This document shows positions 60,693-64,000 of a stretch of 64,000 bases of DNA, piece after piece. The notes beneath the pieces are model-generated. The model worked only from the letters and a program-made list of their open reading frames with translations, made no database searches and was not told where the DNA came from. The position numbers and the translations under genes are program-made. How positions within the stretch are numbered: the first letter of the stretch is position 1; the number at the start of each line of letters is the position of its first letter. Source of the stretch: the human T2T-CHM13v2.0 reference genome, Homo sapiens. Location: the NCBI RefSeq assembly GCF_009914755.1, contig NC_060933.1. One strand, given 5' to 3'.

Positions 60693-61006
<314 letters not shown>

Positions 61007-61189
61007 TCAATGACGGTTACTATTGTTCACATTCCTGCCAGTTGGGTAGAAAATTGCCAATATTGAGGACACCTTGTATGTGCCAGGTGCTGTACTGGCT
61101 GCTTTTAACTCAGTTCTAATGAGAATCCCACCTTGTCTCCTACCTCTGCCTCTTACCTTGCTGAGTGTCTTTTCTTCTCTGCATGATTC

Positions 61190-61900
61190 GCTCTTCTCTT
61201 GACTTTCCTGACTGGCTGCAAGTTCACAGGGCTCTGTTGCAGGTCTCCTCTTTTCTGTATCCATACACTCTCCTTAGGCAGATGCATCTTTTTCTATAGA
61301 TTTAACAACTTCTATGCTGTATTTTCATCCTCAACTTCTTCCCTGAGGTTAGGCCCATACATTCATATTCACTTGGATGTTGCCAGGGGCCTTTAACTCA
61401 ATAGACCCAAAGCAACATGCTTGACCTCTCTGTTGTCCTCCCCACCTCCTCTGTCTCCAACAAATGGTCCTGTGTGCTTGATTCCTTGCCCTGGCTAATG
61501 CTATCACCACCCACCTAGTTACCTAATCCCGGGCACCCATCTTGATGACTCTTTCTGTTTAACCACCAGTCTAATAAATGACCAAGTCCTGTTGATTTTA
61601 TGGATTTCAGGCTTTTTGAATTTGCTCCTTCCTCCCAGTTTCTGCAGTTCAGCAACTCAGGCTCTGGCAGTTCTCCTAATGGCAGCAGCAACAGCCCTTC
61701 TCTTACCTCCTGGCTTCCAGCATTGCCCCCTTGGAAGTGTGTCTTCCACTTGCGGCTGGGTGAGCTTCTGAGACAGGTCAGAATTTGCTTCTGGCTGCAA
61801 ACTGTCTAAAGAATTAACAACCAAACTCCTAACTTTCACATTGAATGCTTGCTGCTGCCTATCCTTAAGTTACTGACCCACCCTCATCCTTGGTCTCATC
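61190..61900 (+). mobile_element. L2 fragment
   Basis: CACTTGGATGTT...CTCAATAGACCCAAA...ACCACCCACCTAGTT...ACCAAGTCCTGTTGATTTTA. Confidence 0.7.
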
Positions 61901-62575
61901 TCCTGCCGTTAATTAAAACATAACAGTCTGGTAATCCCTGGGTGGGTCCTGAAGCCACTTTCTGAATGATTGTACTGGGGTGACATTCCAGATCTATTTG
62001 CTGTTTTATAAACTCAGGACATTGGGGAGATAATGGAGTAAGGGTGCCTCACTGTGCTACCTCCAGCAGACCCACATCATGCCTGCCTGCCAAGCAGAGC
62101 TCTGCAGACCAACTGCAACCCAGCTTCTGCAAGGGACCACAGATGCTGGTTCTCATTGGCAGTGCAAGTCAAAGGAAGTATGATGGTACTCTCTGGGTAT
62201 AAGCTGTGGCACTTCAGGATTTGTTGAAGGGCAGGAGCTGGCTCTGGGTGGCTGAGGCAGGCCTTTTGACCTGCTCTTCCCTCATCACTAGGACTGGAGC
62301 AGAAGAGAAGCATCCTTGAGTCTCAGCAGAGCTCGTGGGTAGTCAGTAGGGTGGCTGTGAATTTGTAGTGGGAGGCTGACCTGCAGAGATGGATATCAGC
62401 TCTCTGCTTTCTTTCAGCCAGGACCAGGCACCCCACTCTGCTCACTCCACATTTTTATGCCAAGAGGAGAGAGATTGAGATGGACTATGGTCAAGTGCCT
62501 TCAATGAGCCTAGCTTCATGACAATGGCACGTGAGTGTAACCAGAACCCAGAATATTCTCATAGAAAGTGGTGGT

Positions 62576-62857
62576 GGCCCGGCTGACATGGTGGTGCGTG
62601 GCTGTAATCCCAGCACTTTGAGGGGCTGAGGCAGGAGGATCCCTTGAGCTCAGAAGTTTGAGAGCAGCCTGGGCAACATAGCAAAACCCCATTTCTACAA
62701 AAATTAAAAAATAACTGAGAATGGTGGTGCATGGCTGCAGTCCTAGCTACTCAGGAGGCTGAGGTGGGAGGATTGCTTGGGCCCAGGAGGTTGAGGCTAT
62801 AGTGATCTGAGATCATGCCACTGTACTCCAGCCTGGGCAACAGAGCAAGACTCTGCC

Positions 62858-62892
<35 letters not shown>

Positions 62893-62928
62893 GAAAAGGA
62901 AGAAAGGAAGGAAGGAAGGAAAAGAGAG
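62576..62928 (+). mobile_element. AluJ with (AAAAG)n/(GGAA)n tail
   Basis: TSD AGAA(A/T)GTGGTGG. Confidence 0.93.
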
Positions 62929-64000
62929 AAGAATGTGGTGGCCCATGTCACCTGCTTCAGAATGTAGAACAAAATAGGATCAGAGTTTCTGACTGCTGCA
63001 AAGCTCCTCTGCAATTTGTTCTAGCAGATGCGCCCAGGACAGTCATACATGTTAGTGGACCAGGGAAAACCAAGCTGGGTGGACAGGAAAGCCCTGGAGC
63101 GAAAAAACCTGAATGTCTTTTTCTGTCTCCAGTGGCGGTTGGCTTGCTCTGGTCGCCCACTCAGCTTTTCCCCTGGACTCCAGAGGCCTGGTACATGCAT
63201 ATCTCCAAGAGAGTATAAACCAAGTAAAACTGATGTCTGTGTAAACTACTGAGGAATCATGGAGAGGGAGAGATGAATTCTACCCGGGGTGGGGCAAGGA
63301 TTGGCAAAGAAAGGGACATTTATATTGGGTTACGGAAGAGGAATAGGAGTTTTATGGGCAGAAAATAGGGAAAAGCATTCACTGCAAAGACAAAAACCTG
63401 TGAAAAATCGTATTTAAAAGCTAGTAAAGGGGCTCACCCTAAGGGAAGAGTGGGGAAGATGAAGCTAGAAGGAGCCCCGCAGGGTGAAGGGCCAGAAGTT
63501 ATGGGGGCTGAGAAGACTGGGCACTCTCCTTATCATGCCAAGAGGTGCTAGACTAGTGGGGTAAATTTTCCTGCAGCAGTTTCAAGTTGACTCGAACCCT
63601 GGCCTTTTCACCCTGGGCCCTATGCCCTTTTATTTTCTGTCTTCCTCCCGCCCTCAGAGTAATTTCAAATAGGTCTCATTTAAGTGAGTAAACATCTCCA
63701 ATTCAGGCACCCTTCCAAGAAAACGAAAAACACAAAACAAAACAGAAACCTGGGGATTTTACTACTTGGAGCGTGGAGGGAAGAGGCATGCCCAGGCAGG
63801 AACCTAGCTCCAGACAGCTTGGGTGGGACAAGAGGGCTGATCAGAGATGCTGGGATTCCCACTTGGGAGACCAGCCCCAGGGATCTCCTTGCATTGCTTC
63901 TCTTTTTCAGGGGAAAAGAAATCTCAGAGCAAATATTTGTCATGAAAAGGAAATTTTGGCCGGCCTCAGAAATCACAGATAATTAAGAGATATGATTTAT

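Overview
Primate (human-like) non-coding genomic DNA, intronic or intergenic. I cannot place the locus from sequence alone. No protein-coding exon, rRNA, tRNA or CRISPR array is supportable; the listed ORFs are Alu, microsatellite, L1 or Tigger read-throughs or chance frames. The window is dominated by interspersed repeats: about 40 Alu copies or fragments (many with visible target-site duplications, TSDs), many MIR and L2 relics, L1M fragments, LTRs (MER41B, MLT1, MER21, LTR33, LTR40-like, one unassigned) and DNA transposons (MER5A, MER58A, Tigger3b, MER45A, MADE1). Repeat families were recognised from remembered consensus sequences, so subfamily labels and boundaries are approximate. Most notable: (1) a ~0.9-kb 22/23-bp VNTR born inside an L2, with a CpG-rich, higher-order-structured core; (2) a ~96%-identical 213/218-bp direct duplication 2.9 kb apart that carries a hairpin; (3) a MER41B LTR with both GAS (STAT) motifs intact; (4) a MADE1 palindrome with a miR-548-type arm; (5) a cryptic ancient ~60/120-bp tandem array built from L2/MIR tails; (6) multi-layer nested insertions; (7) several short quasi-palindromic template-switch scars. 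I found no convincing new multi-gene system.
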